Part shown: piece after piece, positions 10,091 to 20,112 of the stretch
How positions within the stretch are numbered: position 1 is the stretch's first letter
Layout of the letters: each line of letters opens with the position of its first letter
DNA from: an uncultured Eubacteriales bacterium
GTDB taxonomy: Bacteria > Bacillota > Clostridia > Oscillospirales > CAG-272
DNA: 64,000 bases
Direction of reading: 5' to 3'
NCBI GenBank assembly: GCA_934525675.1
Contig: CAKSZH010000008.1
Location: 21,914-85,913, forward strand
The notes under the pieces: generated by a model
The model's database searches: none
Seen by the model: the letters and a program-made list of their open reading frames with translations, nothing else
What the model was told of the DNA's origin: nothing
Program-made: the position numbers and the translations under genes

Positions 10091-12217
10091 ATGAACATGG
10101 AACAGAAAGCATTTTATATCACAACAGCGATTCCTTACGCGTCCAGAAAGCCGCATTTCGGCAATACCTACGAGGTCATCATGTCCGACGCGGTCGCAAG
10201 GTTCCGGCGTTCGGAGGGCTTTGACGTCGAATTCGGCACCGGTACCGACGAGCACGGACAGAAGGTCGAGGACCTTGCCCGCGCCGCGGGAATCACGCCC
10301 AAGGAATACGTGGACCGCGTGGTCGCCGAGATCCGCGGCGTGTGGGACCGCATGAACACAAGCTACGATCATTTCATCCGCACGACCGACCCTTACCACG
10401 AGCAGGCGGTCAGCAAGATGTTCAAACGGTTTTACGATCAGGGCGATATTTACAAGGGACACTACGAGGGTTGGTACTGCAAGCCCTGCGAGTCCTTCTT
10501 CACTGCCACGCAGGTCACGGACGGCAAATGCCCCGACTGCGGCGCGCCCGTCGAGCAGGCGCGCGAGGAAGCGTATTTCTTTAAGATGAGCAAGTATGCG
10601 GACCGTCTCATCGAGCACATCGGGACCCACCCCGGCTTTATTCAGCCGGAATCCCGCAAGAAGGAAATGCTCAACAATTTCCTCAAAGTCGAAGGCGGTC
10701 TGCAGGATCTCTGCGTTTCGCGTTCCACCTTCACGTGGGGGGTCAAGACCTTCGACCCGAAGCACGTCTGCTACGTCTGGATCGACGCGCTGTCCAACTA
10801 TATCACGGCGCTCGGTTACGATCCCGACAAGACCTATGAGGAGCAGTCGGAAAAGTTCCGGAAATTCTGGCCCTGCGACGTACACGTCATCGGCAAGGAC
10901 ATCCTCCGGTTCCACACCATCTACTGGCCCATCTTCCTCATGGCGCTGGGACTTCCGCTCCCGAAGAAAATTTTCGGGCACCCGTGGTTCAATTTCGGAT
11001 TGGACAAGATGTCCAAGTCCAAGGGCAACGTCATTTACGCGGACGAGCTTGCCGATCATTTCGGCGTGGACGGCGTGAGATACTACGCGCTTGCCGAGAT
11101 GCCCTACAACAACGACGGCTCCATCACCTATGAAAACGTCATCAAACGCTACAACACCGATCTTGTCAACAACCTCGGCAACCTTGTCAAGAGAACGCTG
11201 GATATGCAGAAGAAGTACTTTGACAAGGTCATAGCTGCGCCTACGGCGCCCGAAGCACTGGACGGGGAACTGAAAAACGCCTGCTTCACCGCTTACGGCA
11301 AGGTAAAAGAAGCGGTGGAAAGCTACCACATCGCGGACGCGACGGCGGCGCTCATGGAGCTGTTCAGCCGCGCAAACAAATATATCGACGAGACGACCCC
11401 GTGGACGCTTGCCAAGGACGAAACCAAAAAGGAACGCCTCGGCACGGTGCTCTACGAGCTTCTTTCCGCGATCCGCTTCGGTGCGGTACTGCTCGCTCCC
11501 TTCCTTCCCGAAACATCGAAAGAAATCCTCACGGAGCTTGCGGCAAAGCCGGAGCTTGACGCAATCGGGGAAAGCATGAGGTCGGGCAGGCACGGCGACA
11601 TCCTGTTTGACCGGTTCCTTACGGAGGACGCCTACCACAGCCTTGTTCCCGGCGATACGGTCGGTGACAGCCGCGTGCTGTTCGCCCGCATTGACGAGGA
11701 GAAGAAGCTCACGGAACTGGAAGAGATCCGCAAGGCAAGAATGGCGGCAGCCGCAAAAGCAGCAGAGAAAGCAGCGGACGGAAAATCGGAAACGGAGAAG
11801 CCGGCAGAGAAGACCAAGGACGGTGCGTCCGGCGCTGGCGAGCCGGCAGACGGCGCGAATGCCGCGAAGCAGTCCGGCGGCAAGCCCGAGGGCTGCGCGC
11901 AGATCGGAATCGACGATTTTCTGAACGTGGAGCTACGCGTGGCGGAAATTCTGTCCGCCGAGCCGATCCCCAAGGCAAAGAAACTGCTCCGCCTCCGCGT
12001 CAGTCTCGGCGACGAGGAGCGGCAGGTTGTTTCCGGTATCGCAAAATTCTATCAGCCAAATGACCTCATCGGCAAGAAAGTCATCCTCGTTTCCAACCTG
12101 AAGCCCGCGACGCTCTGCGGCGTGGAATCCTACGGTATGCTGCTTGCGTCCGGCGAGGAGCAGGTGCGCGTTATTTTCCTGGATCCCGAAACGCCGAACG
12201 GCGAGCGGATTCACTGA
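10091..12217 (+). CDS. metG: methionine--tRNA ligase with C-terminal tRNA-binding (EMAP/Trbp111-like) domain
   Basis: HIGH-type PHFGN, KMSKS (DKMSKSKGN), and a Zn knuckle CKPCESF...CPDCGAPV. An A/E/K/G-rich linker (nt ~11730-11890) is followed by IDDFLNVELRVAEILSAEPIPKAKKLLRLRVSLG. The start could also be 10097. Confidence 0.95.
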   Translation: MNMEQKAFYITTAIPYASRKPHFGNTYEVIMSDAVARFRRSEGFDVEFGTGTDEHGQKVEDLARAAGITPKEYVDRVVAEIRGVWDRMNTSYDHFIRTTDPYHEQAVSKMFKRFYDQGDIYKGHYEGWYCKPCESFFTATQVTDGKCPDCGAPVEQAREEAYFFKMSKYADRLIEHIGTHPGFIQPESRKKEMLNNFLKVEGGLQDLCVSRSTFTWGVKTFDPKHVCYVWIDALSNYITALGYDPDKTYEEQSEKFRKFWPCDVHVIGKDILRFHTIYWPIFLMALGLPLPKKIFGHPWFNFGLDKMSKSKGNVIYADELADHFGVDGVRYYALAEMPYNNDGSITYENVIKRYNTDLVNNLGNLVKRTLDMQKKYFDKVIAAPTAPEALDGELKNACFTAYGKVKEAVESYHIADATAALMELFSRANKYIDETTPWTLAKDETKKERLGTVLYELLSAIRFGAVLLAPFLPETSKEILTELAAKPELDAIGESMRSGRHGDILFDRFLTEDAYHSLVPGDTVGDSRVLFARIDEEKKLTELEEIRKARMAAAAKAAEKAADGKSETEKPAEKTKDGASGAGEPADGANAAKQSGGKPEGCAQIGIDDFLNVELRVAEILSAEPIPKAKKLLRLRVSLGDEERQVVSGIAKFYQPNDLIGKKVILVSNLKPATLCGVESYGMLLASGEEQVRVIFLDPETPNGERIH

Positions 12218-12238
12218 ATCACACTTTGGAGGAATCGT

Positions 12239-13198
12239 ATGAAAATCACGGTAATCGGTTGCGGGCGATGGGGATCCCTCATCACCTGGTATCTTGACCG
12301 CATCGGAAACGACGTGACACTTTACGGAATGGAATCCGATCCCGGCTATCAGAGATTTGTGCGCGAGCGCAGAAATGATCTTCTGGTGCTTCCGGAGTCG
12401 ATCGGGCTTTCTTCCGACATTCATTGCACGGAGGGTGCGGAGGTCATTATCATCTCGGTCCCCTCGCAGGCGCTTGCGGGGCTGATGAACGAGCTGAAGC
12501 CGCTGGGGCTTCAGAACAAGACGTTCGTGCTCTGCATGAAGGGAATTGAGATTTCCACGGGCAGACGGCTTTCCGAGATCGTGAAGGAAAACACCGACCC
12601 CTCAAACAAGATCGCAGTCTGGGTCGGTCCCGGGCACGTCCAGGAGTTTTACGCGGGACATCCGAGCTGTATGGTCATCGACTCGGAGGACCCGGAGGTC
12701 ACCCGCCGGCTGGTGGACAGCTTTACGAGCGACCTCATCCGCTTTTATTACGGCAACGACCTTGTGGGAAGCGAGATCGGCGCGGCGTCCAAGAACGTTA
12801 TCGGCATTGCGGCGGGCTTCCTCGACGGACTGGGACTTTCCACGCTCAAGGGCGCACTCATGGCGCGCGGCGCGCATGAGATTGCCCGCCTGATCGGTGC
12901 AATGGGAGGTAACCCCATGTCCGCTTACGGGCTCTGCCACCTCGGCGATTACGAGGCGACGGTTTTTTCCGCGCACAGCCACAACCGCGCGTTCGGTGAG
13001 GCGTATGTCAAGGGCGAAAAATTTGCCGGCGGACTTGCCGAGGGCTATTATACGGCAAAGGCGATGATGGTGCTTTCGGAGCGCTATCACGTCGAGCTTC
13101 CGATCTGCGAGGCGGTCTACCACGTGCTCTATGACGGCGCGGATGTGAAGGAGAGCATTGCACAACTCTTCCGCCGTTCCATCAAGGTGGAATACTGA
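12239..13198 (+). CDS. gpsA: NAD(P)H-dependent glycerol-3-phosphate dehydrogenase
   Basis: MKITVIGCGRWGS Rossmann start, and GIEISTGRRLSEI, NVIGIAAGFLDGLGLSTLKGALMARG typical of GpsA. RBS GGAGG upstream. Confidence 0.85.
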   Translation: MKITVIGCGRWGSLITWYLDRIGNDVTLYGMESDPGYQRFVRERRNDLLVLPESIGLSSDIHCTEGAEVIIISVPSQALAGLMNELKPLGLQNKTFVLCMKGIEISTGRRLSEIVKENTDPSNKIAVWVGPGHVQEFYAGHPSCMVIDSEDPEVTRRLVDSFTSDLIRFYYGNDLVGSEIGAASKNVIGIAAGFLDGLGLSTLKGALMARGAHEIARLIGAMGGNPMSAYGLCHLGDYEATVFSAHSHNRAFGEAYVKGEKFAGGLAEGYYTAKAMMVLSERYHVELPICEAVYHVLYDGADVKESIAQLFRRSIKVEY

Positions 13199-14223
13199 TG
13201 CAGACATTTCCCGCAAAGCACCCGGGGAGCGCGGACGGCGCCCTGCCGGAAAATCCCGGAACGGAAAATTCCGTGCCGGAAGTTTCTTCTGTTTTCCCGG
13301 AAACGTGCGAAGTCTCCGGGGATACTGCCACGAGACACGCGACGGACAAGACTGCATTCGTCTCTCCGGACGCAGGCAAAGCCTCCGGGGCGGAACACAA
13401 AACAGATTTCCCGGCACCCGGAATGTTCGACTCCCACGCGCACTATTACGACAAGAAGTTTGACGCGCTCCCCGGCGGTGCGGACGCGCTGCTGGAAAAG
13501 CTGTTCGAGAGCGGCGAGGTCGAAAAGATCATCAACGTTGCCACCAACCCGGAGAACACGGAGCTGTGCGTGAAGATGGCAGCGCGGTATCCCGGAATGT
13601 ACGTCGCCGCCGGTATTCATCCCGAGGACTGCGAGGCGTACCCCGACACGGACGCGGCGCTCTCTGCACTGTATGAGCGGATTTCCCCGGAGAAGGTCAG
13701 ACGGCGGGACAAGATCGTGGCGATCGGTGAGATCGGGCTGGATTATTATTGGAAGCCGCATGACAAGAAAAAACAAGCGGACTTTTTTGACGCGCAGATG
13801 GCGTTTGCTGCCGGACTGGGGCTTCCCGTCATCATCCACGACCGCGAGGCGCACGGGGACTGCTTTGAGACCGTGCTCCGGTATCCGCAGGTGCGCGGCG
13901 TGTTCCACAGCTACAGCGGAAGCGCGGAAATGGCGCGGGAGCTGATCCGGCGCGGGTGGTATATCTCCTTTTCCGGGGTTGTGACCTTCAAAAACGCTTC
14001 CCGCGTCAGGGAGGTTGCGGCGAGTGTCCCTGCCGACCGGTTGCTCATTGAGACCGACTGCCCGTATCTTGCGCCCCATCCCCACCGCGGGGAAATCAAT
14101 CATTCGGGTTTGATGCGCTATACTGCGGAGGTGCTCGCCGGGGTGCACGGAATGACGGTCGCGGAACTGGTCGGACGCACCAAAGAGAACGCGGAAACGC
14201 TTTTCGGACTACAAGAGAGCTGA
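13198..14223 (+). CDS. tatD: TatD family metal-dependent hydrolase (with possible 75-aa low-complexity N-terminal extension)
   Basis: The TatD core starts at MFDSHAHYYD (ATG 13423) and includes IGEIGLDYYW, VIIHDREAH, GVFHSYSGS and LLIETDCPYL. ATG 13198 overlaps the gpsA stop (TGATG) and has AAGGTGG upstream, so I report the long form. The short form is equally possible. Confidence 0.85.
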   Translation: MQTFPAKHPGSADGALPENPGTENSVPEVSSVFPETCEVSGDTATRHATDKTAFVSPDAGKASGAEHKTDFPAPGMFDSHAHYYDKKFDALPGGADALLEKLFESGEVEKIINVATNPENTELCVKMAARYPGMYVAAGIHPEDCEAYPDTDAALSALYERISPEKVRRRDKIVAIGEIGLDYYWKPHDKKKQADFFDAQMAFAAGLGLPVIIHDREAHGDCFETVLRYPQVRGVFHSYSGSAEMARELIRRGWYISFSGVVTFKNASRVREVAASVPADRLLIETDCPYLAPHPHRGEINHSGLMRYTAEVLAGVHGMTVAELVGRTKENAETLFGLQES

Positions 14224-14371
14224 TTTTCGGGTTGCGGGGGAGCCGACCCGGACACGCCGGAATACTCATTTCCGACGCTCGGAGAATACGCATATGCCGC
14301 CGGGATTCAGTTTCCCATCCGGCGGGAAAAGACACATTGCCGGAAGGGATTTCCGCAGCGACAAACAGAAA

Positions 14372-14415
14372 GAAAGCATACGGTTACGGACTGTGACCGG
14401 TGCTTTCTTTTTTTG
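14372..14415 (+). terminator. possible Rho-independent terminator after tatD
   Basis: Imperfect hairpin GAAAGCA..ACGG/..CCG.TGCTTTC followed by TTTCTTTTTTT. Confidence 0.4.
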
Positions 14416-14555
14416 CCGTCCTTTCGTAACCGGAGTAAAAAATTTTGACCCGCACGACGGTTTGACAAGTTTTGCGCATCAGACGTGATATCATGGGAAC
14501 GAAAACAAGTACAGGAAGCAAATTACAGATTCCGATGACGGAAAGGAAGGAAATT

Positions 14556-14900
14556 ATGCCATTGACCGGGAACGGCGTGAAAACCGAATTCGGCGATCAG
14601 GTACTGACGGTGTATCTGACCGGCGAAATTGACCATCATAACGCGGGAAAGATGCGACTGGAGATTGATGAAGAAATCTGCCGCCGCCGTCCGAAGCGGG
14701 TGATTCTGGATCTCGGGTCCATTGATTTTATGGATTCCTCGGGGCTCGGACTTGTGATGGGCAGATATGCCCTGATCCGCAAAATGAACGGAGATCTGAT
14801 TCTGCGGAACCCGTCCCAACGGGTGAAAAAAATCTTTGATCTGTCGGGGCTTGACCGCATGATTCACATGGAATATGACAAGGGAGGCAAAGCAAATTGA
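14556..14900 (+). CDS. spoIIAA: anti-sigma-F factor antagonist (STAS domain)
   Basis: 114 aa. LTGEIDHHNAGKMR...LGSIDFMDSSGLGLVMGRY contains the phosphorylatable DSSG motif. RBS GAAAGGAAGG before ATG 14556. Confidence 0.9.
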   Translation: MPLTGNGVKTEFGDQVLTVYLTGEIDHHNAGKMRLEIDEEICRRRPKRVILDLGSIDFMDSSGLGLVMGRYALIRKMNGDLILRNPSQRVKKIFDLSGLDRMIHMEYDKGGKAN

Positions 14901-15352
14901 AACGCAAGGAAGCATTGGAGAATGAACTGAAACTCGAATTGCCGTCCCTTTCGGTCAATGAGGGAATCGCGCGGGCAACGGTCGCGGTATTCTGTTCCCA
15001 GCTCGATCCGACGGCGACCGAACTGGCGGACATCAAGTGCGCGGTGTCCGAGGCGGTGACCAACTGTATCGTACACGCATACCGCGGCACGCACGGGAAG
15101 ATCCATATCAATGTGCGCCTGTACGAGGGCAGACTGATCCGCATCCTCATCCGCGACGATGGCTGCGGCATTCCGGACGTAAAGCTGGCACGTCAGCCGC
15201 TCTTCACGACCGACGCGGAAAGCGAGCGGAGCGGCATGGGCTTTACCGTCATGGAGAGCTTCTGCGACCGGGTACGCGTGACCTCGCGCGTCGGCAAGGG
15301 CACCACGGTGATCCTGTACAAAAAACTGGCGGAGAAGTCCTTCGGGCATTGA
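14897..15352 (+). CDS. spoIIAB: anti-sigma-F factor (serine protein kinase)
   Basis: 151 aa. GHKL-type motifs SEAVTNCIVHAY, DDGCGIPD, ERSGMGFTVM. The TTG start overlaps the spoIIAA stop (TTGA). Confidence 0.9.
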   Translation: MKRKEALENELKLELPSLSVNEGIARATVAVFCSQLDPTATELADIKCAVSEAVTNCIVHAYRGTHGKIHINVRLYEGRLIRILIRDDGCGIPDVKLARQPLFTTDAESERSGMGFTVMESFCDRVRVTSRVGKGTTVILYKKLAEKSFGH

Positions 15353-15394
15353 GTGCGCTTCTACATATCCTGAGGAAAAGGACGGGAGGCGCAT

Positions 15395-16261
15395 ATGACC
15401 ATGCTTGAAAAAAGGAATACGGGATGTCTGATTCCCATGACGGACGACGAAATCGGTGAGGACGCGGAAACGGAATGTCCGGATGCGGAACCGGAACAGG
15501 ATAACCCCGACGGGGAAAGCCGGGAGGAGTCGGGGAAGGAACGCATCGCGCGTAACCGCGAATTGCTTCGTGCCGCGCAGCAAGGGGACGAGGGAGCGAC
15601 CGAAACGCTGATCACGGAAAACATGGGACTTGTCCGACGGGTCGCGTCAAGATTTCTTGACAGAGGCACCGAATACGAGGACCTCCTCCAGATCGGCACG
15701 CTCGGCATGCTCCGGGCGGTGCGTTCCTTTGACCTCGAACGCGGGACGGCGTTTTCCACCTACGCGGTTCCGCTCATCATCGGGGAGATCCGCCGCCATT
15801 TGCGGGACGACGGGATCATCCGGGTCAGCCGTACCTATAAGCGTACCGGTGCGATCCTGATGCGTGAGCGGGCAAAAATCCTGTCGGAGGAAGGCAGGGA
15901 ACCCGGTATCGCGGAGCTTGCCGCGCGAGCCGGAGTGAGCACCGAGGACGCGGCAATTGCGCTCGACGCGCTGACCCCCGTGACCATGCTGTCGGAAACC
16001 GTGTACGGCGAGGAATCCGGTATGACGCTGGAGAGCACCGTCACGGACGGGGAAGAGAACGAAATGGAACGCATCTGCGATCGTGTTGCGCTCTCGCAGG
16101 CGATCGGAAAAATGCAGCCGCTCTGGCAGAAGATCGTCCTGCTCCGGTATTACCGCGATATGACCCAACAAGAGGTCGCGGACAATCTCGGGCTGTCGCA
16201 GGTCAAGGTGTCGAGAGAGGAAAAGAAGATCATGGCGTTTCTCCGCGCCGAGCTTGCATAA
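15395..16261 (+). CDS. sigF: sporulation sigma factor SigF (acidic N-terminal extension of ~45 aa)
   Basis: Third gene of a spoIIA-type operon. Sigma-70 regions 2-4 are present (YEDLLQIGTLGMLRAVRSFD, FSTYAVPLIIGEIRRHLRD, MTQQEVADNLGLSQVKVSREEKK). RBS GGGAGG 5 nt before ATG 15395. Confidence 0.9.
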   Translation: MTMLEKRNTGCLIPMTDDEIGEDAETECPDAEPEQDNPDGESREESGKERIARNRELLRAAQQGDEGATETLITENMGLVRRVASRFLDRGTEYEDLLQIGTLGMLRAVRSFDLERGTAFSTYAVPLIIGEIRRHLRDDGIIRVSRTYKRTGAILMRERAKILSEEGREPGIAELAARAGVSTEDAAIALDALTPVTMLSETVYGEESGMTLESTVTDGEENEMERICDRVALSQAIGKMQPLWQKIVLLRYYRDMTQQEVADNLGLSQVKVSREEKKIMAFLRAELA

Positions 16262-16369
16262 GGCGGGCGTCTGGAACGATCCGGACCGGGTACCGGCGAC
16301 GCTTGCCCGGCAGGCGGGGACAAGGTTCGGCGGCGCCGGAAACGGTGGAAGACAGATTCAAAAAAGAAG

Positions 16370-16407
16370 GCATCCAACCAAAGCGGGCGGTTGGATGCTT
16401 TCTTTTG
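16370..16407 (+). terminator. Rho-independent terminator after sigF
   Basis: Perfect 10-bp stem GCATCCAACC/GGTTGGATGC, 9-nt loop, then TTTCTTTTG. Confidence 0.75.
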
Positions 16408-16669
16408 ATAATCCCGTATCCGGTGTGTTGCCCGGAAATACTGTTCTGCGCGGGGACGTTCCCGGAAGGTTCCGCGCCGCCCCCGGCGACTTCCGCCCGC
16501 GCTTTCCGGCTCTCCGCCCGGCGAAAACCAAAGAATCCCGCAATTCCCGAGCCGCAATCGCGGACTTCCGCCGCCCGGCGGCTTTTTTCGTTGTCCGTGT
16601 ACATCGCCGCGCGCCCCGCCGCCGGATCCCCGCTTTGCGGGTGACCGCCGCCCCGCGGGGCGCTTTTTG

Positions 16670-18088
16670 TCAGTCAAACTCCAACAGATCAAACAGCTTG
16701 TAAATATCCCCCGCGCCCATTACGATCAGTCCGTCGCCCGGACGCAATTCCCGGTTCAGATACCCGGCAATCCGGGAAAGATCCCCCGGCGCCCCGGCAA
16801 AGATACGCCCCTCCTTTTCGTTGATCGCATCTGCAAGCTTTTCCGGCGTCACGCCGAGCGTGTCCGTCTCCCGCGCCGCGTAGATCGGCGCAATCAGAAG
16901 ATGGGTGCAGGGAGAAAAGGCGGTCAGAAATTCGTTCCACAGCCCCCTCGTCCGGCTGTATGTGTGCGATTGAAATACGCAGAAGAGCCGCTCAAACCCC
17001 ATTTCTCCCGCGCCTCTGAGTGTGGCGCGCACCTCGGTCGGGTGATGCCCGTAGTCATCGTATACGTCCGCGCCGTGCAGAGTCCCCTTGTGCTCCATGC
17101 GGCGGAGCGCCCCCGGAAAGGCGGAAAGTCCTGCCCCGATCTTCTCGGAAGAGATGCGGCAGAGATCACACGCCGCTGCCGCGGCAAGCGCGTTCAGAAT
17201 CTGAAATTCTCCCGGCACGCGGAGCGTGACATGGCAGAAAAAGCTCCCGCTTTTCAGAATGTCAAACGTCGCCCGCCCGCGCTCCATTGTCAGATTCCCG
17301 GCGGTGTAGTCCGCGCCCTCCGTCCGTCCGAAGGTCACAAGGTGCCCGCGGTATCCCGATACGGCGGACATGACGTTTTTGTCGTCCGCGTTCACGACCG
17401 CAAAGCCGTCCTCGCCCGTCAGGGACGCAAACCGCCCGAAGGAGGTGCGGATCTGCTCCATATCGTGAAAATAGTCCACGTGATCCATTTCAATGTTGAG
17501 AAGCACGGCGATGTTCGGGGAAAAATCGAGAAACGAATCCATGTACTCGCAGGCTTCAAACAGAAAATCCTCTCCGTCTCCGATGCGGGTGGACCCGTCC
17601 ATTGCCCGCATTTCCGCGCCGGAAAGCACCGTCGGATCGACGCCCGCGTCCATGAGAATTTCCGCGCACATGGAGGTGGTACTGCTCTTGCCGTGCATTC
17701 CGGAAATACCGATCCGCCGGGGGTACGCGGACATGAGATACCCCATGTAATCCGCACGGGAAAGCACCGGAAGCCCCCGCCGGAGGGCTTCCAGATACTC
17801 CGGATTGTCGTTTTGAATGGCAACGGTGTAGACTACCGCGTCGGCGTGTACCTCGTCGAGGTGCGACGCGTCGTGCGTGTCAAAGACCCGGATGCCGGCG
17901 GCACGCAGATGTTCGGTCAGCGCGGTCATCTGGCGGTCGGAGCCGCTGACGGCAAAGCCCCGCTTTTTGGTCAGCAGAGCAAGCGACGAGACGTTGATCC
18001 CGCCGATCCCGATGAAATAAAACGAACGGCAGCCCGCAAGCATACGCCCGGCTTTCGCCGCGCCGTAATGAGTGTTCGGAACAGACAT
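16670..18088 (-). CDS. murC: UDP-N-acetylmuramate--L-alanine ligase
   Basis: FIGIGGINVSSLA, GISGMHGKSSTTSM and Mur ligase middle and C-terminal motifs. ATG 18088 has GGGAG upstream. The ORF extension to 18238 was rejected. Confidence 0.92.
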   Translation of the reverse strand: MSVPNTHYGAAKAGRMLAGCRSFYFIGIGGINVSSLALLTKKRGFAVSGSDRQMTALTEHLRAAGIRVFDTHDASHLDEVHADAVVYTVAIQNDNPEYLEALRRGLPVLSRADYMGYLMSAYPRRIGISGMHGKSSTTSMCAEILMDAGVDPTVLSGAEMRAMDGSTRIGDGEDFLFEACEYMDSFLDFSPNIAVLLNIEMDHVDYFHDMEQIRTSFGRFASLTGEDGFAVVNADDKNVMSAVSGYRGHLVTFGRTEGADYTAGNLTMERGRATFDILKSGSFFCHVTLRVPGEFQILNALAAAAACDLCRISSEKIGAGLSAFPGALRRMEHKGTLHGADVYDDYGHHPTEVRATLRGAGEMGFERLFCVFQSHTYSRTRGLWNEFLTAFSPCTHLLIAPIYAARETDTLGVTPEKLADAINEKEGRIFAGAPGDLSRIAGYLNRELRPGDGLIVMGAGDIYKLFDLLEFD

Positions 18089-18473
18089 GATAAACTCCCT
18101 TTTTGAGTGAATTTCAGAATATTGTTGTCGGGTGCCGGGAATTCCGCGGCAGATGTCAGACGGCTTTGCCGACTTTCTTGCCCCGGCCCGGAACGTCCGG
18201 TGGGTCTGCGGATGGTGGGGCTTTTTTGTCGGAAACACTGTCCCGGCTTGCCCTCTCCGGGGACCGATACGGGATTATCCCCGCCTGCCGCTGTACTTTC
18301 GCCCGTTTTCTGGGCGGAAAATCTTTCGCGGATGTCACCCGGCTTTCCCGAATCTTCACAAAAAAACCTCTTTGCCGTTGAATAATTATCACAATACGCC
18401 TTTATACTGTAGATAAAGAAACCCCGTCCACAGATTATGCCATGGCATTTGACACATGAAGGAGGAATAAAAA

Positions 18474-18818
18474 ATGCAGATCACAGACGTCAAGGTGAGA
18501 AAATTGTTTGATGAAGGCCCCATGAGAGCCATCGTTTCGGTTACGTTTGACAACCAGTTGGCAGTGCATGACATCAAGGTCATTCACGCACGGGAAAAAT
18601 ATTTCATCGTTATGCCGAGCCGCAAGAATCAGGACGATACCTACCGCGATATCGTACACCCGATCAACGCGCAGTTCCGTTCGGTTCTGGAAACCGCGGT
18701 AATCGACGCGTATGACCGTGCCGTGGAAGCGGCAAAGGTTGCCGAGACAGCTGCCGAAACAGAGGGAGCAAGCGCCGAAACCGCCGAAACGGCAGTTCCG
18801 GACACGACGACCGTCTGA
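18474..18818 (+). CDS. spoVG: septation/sporulation regulator SpoVG
   Basis: MQITDVKVRKL...MRAIVSVTFDNQLAVHDIKVIHAREKYFIVMPSRK...DIVHPIN is near-canonical SpoVG. RBS GGAGG upstream. Confidence 0.93.
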   Translation: MQITDVKVRKLFDEGPMRAIVSVTFDNQLAVHDIKVIHAREKYFIVMPSRKNQDDTYRDIVHPINAQFRSVLETAVIDAYDRAVEAAKVAETAAETEGASAETAETAVPDTTTV

Positions 18819-18977
18819 CGGAAGTCCGTTCGGATACGGCGGATCGGGACGGTATCCGGGCTAAACGATTCCGGAGAGCGCCGATCATTCAGAAGAACAC
18901 AACGACCGGTGGGGGGAAGAACACCGGAATAAACCGAGAGGCATCGGGTGACCGATGCCCGACACAAAGGGAGAGGG

Positions 18978-19008
18978 GTTGCCGCACGGTTGTGCGGCAA
19001 CTTTTTTT
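18978..19008 (+). terminator. Rho-independent terminator downstream of spoVG
   Basis: Perfect 10-bp stem GTTGCCGCAC/GTGCGGCAAC, loop GGTT, then TTTTTTT. Confidence 0.8.
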
Positions 19009-19168
19009 CTGTGGTTCTGCTGTGCGGCGCTTCGGGTGACCGGGGTATCGCTGTTTTTGCACACGACGCTTTGGATTTTTGAAGGCGCAATTGCTTTTTG
19101 CACAGCACCGGGCTTTCCGGGGAACCGCCTTTGTTTGCCAAGCCGTGTTTCCGTTTCCGCTCCGCCAA

Positions 19169-19672
19169 TCAGAGCGAGCCGTGGCTGAGATGCGGCACGC
19201 CGTCCCGGACGGTCAGCACCGCGAAGCCGTTCCCGTACCCGATACTGCCGGGATTGAGTACATAGAGCGGACGCGGGAGCGTGACCCCGCCGACTGTTTC
19301 CCCCTTGTCGATCGTTTCGTAAAACGTCTCGTGCGTATGCCCGAACAGCAGCACGTCCGCCCCCTCCCGCGCTGCATGCGCAATTGCCGCGCCGGGACCG
19401 GATTTGACGCCGTACAGGTGCCCGTGCAGAAGCAGAACGCGTACCCCCTCGACGGTGACCAGCCGCTCTTGGGGGCTGGTATCGCCAGGCGAAAGAAATC
19501 CGTCGCAGTTGCCCGAAACGGCATAAAGCGGGATACCCCCGACCGCGTCCTTTGCGTCGGCAACGCCGTCGCCGAGGAAAAACACGCCGCGCGGGCGGGA
19601 AATCTGGCGGGACAGCACCTCGCGGATTTTTTCGGGGTGCCGGTGAGAATCGGAAAAAATCAGATAATCCAT
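19169..19672 (-). CDS. YfcE/MJ0936-type metallophosphoesterase
   Basis: 167 aa. MDYLIFSDSHRH, FLGDG, VSGNCDG, LLHGHLY and LLFGHTHE form the calcineurin-like phosphoesterase motif series. Confidence 0.85.
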   Translation of the reverse strand: MDYLIFSDSHRHPEKIREVLSRQISRPRGVFFLGDGVADAKDAVGGIPLYAVSGNCDGFLSPGDTSPQERLVTVEGVRVLLLHGHLYGVKSGPGAAIAHAAREGADVLLFGHTHETFYETIDKGETVGGVTLPRPLYVLNPGSIGYGNGFAVLTVRDGVPHLSHGSL

Positions 19673-19848
19673 AAAGCCCCCCGGTCAGAAAAGATGGTAC
19701 TGACAGTATAGCATGATTGTGTGCGGAATGCAAGGGAAGCGGGGAAAATCCACGTGCGAACCGCAAAGAGCGGGCGGTCATATACTGGCATGAAAGCCGG
19801 AACGGGGACGGATGACGGATCCCTTTACCGAGCGCGGAGGAGGAGCAC

Positions 19849-20112
19849 ATGAAGCTTGACAAACGGGCACTGGAGAGGCTGCTTGCCCTGTCGGACGATC
19901 AGTTTATGCAGGTGGTGGAGAAGCTGGCGGCGGAGTCGGGGATCAATCTCAGTGCGATGAACATCGGAAAGGGAGACCTTGCGCGCCTGCGGGCGGCGCT
20001 TCACGGCGCGGACGATGAGGATGTGGAACGCATGAAGCGGCAGTTTGGGCAGTTTGGAAAGAACGGCAGAAATCCGGTGGGTGGGAACTCCGCAAACGGA
20101 GGGACGGACTGA
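19849..20112 (+). CDS. hypothetical small protein (first of three translationally coupled genes)
   Basis: 87 aa with GGAGGAGGAG RBS. Helical-looking N-terminal part (LERLLALSDDQFMQVVEKLAAESGINL), G/N-rich tail. The stop overlaps the next start (TGATG). Confidence 0.6.
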   Translation: MKLDKRALERLLALSDDQFMQVVEKLAAESGINLSAMNIGKGDLARLRAALHGADDEDVERMKRQFGQFGKNGRNPVGGNSANGGTD

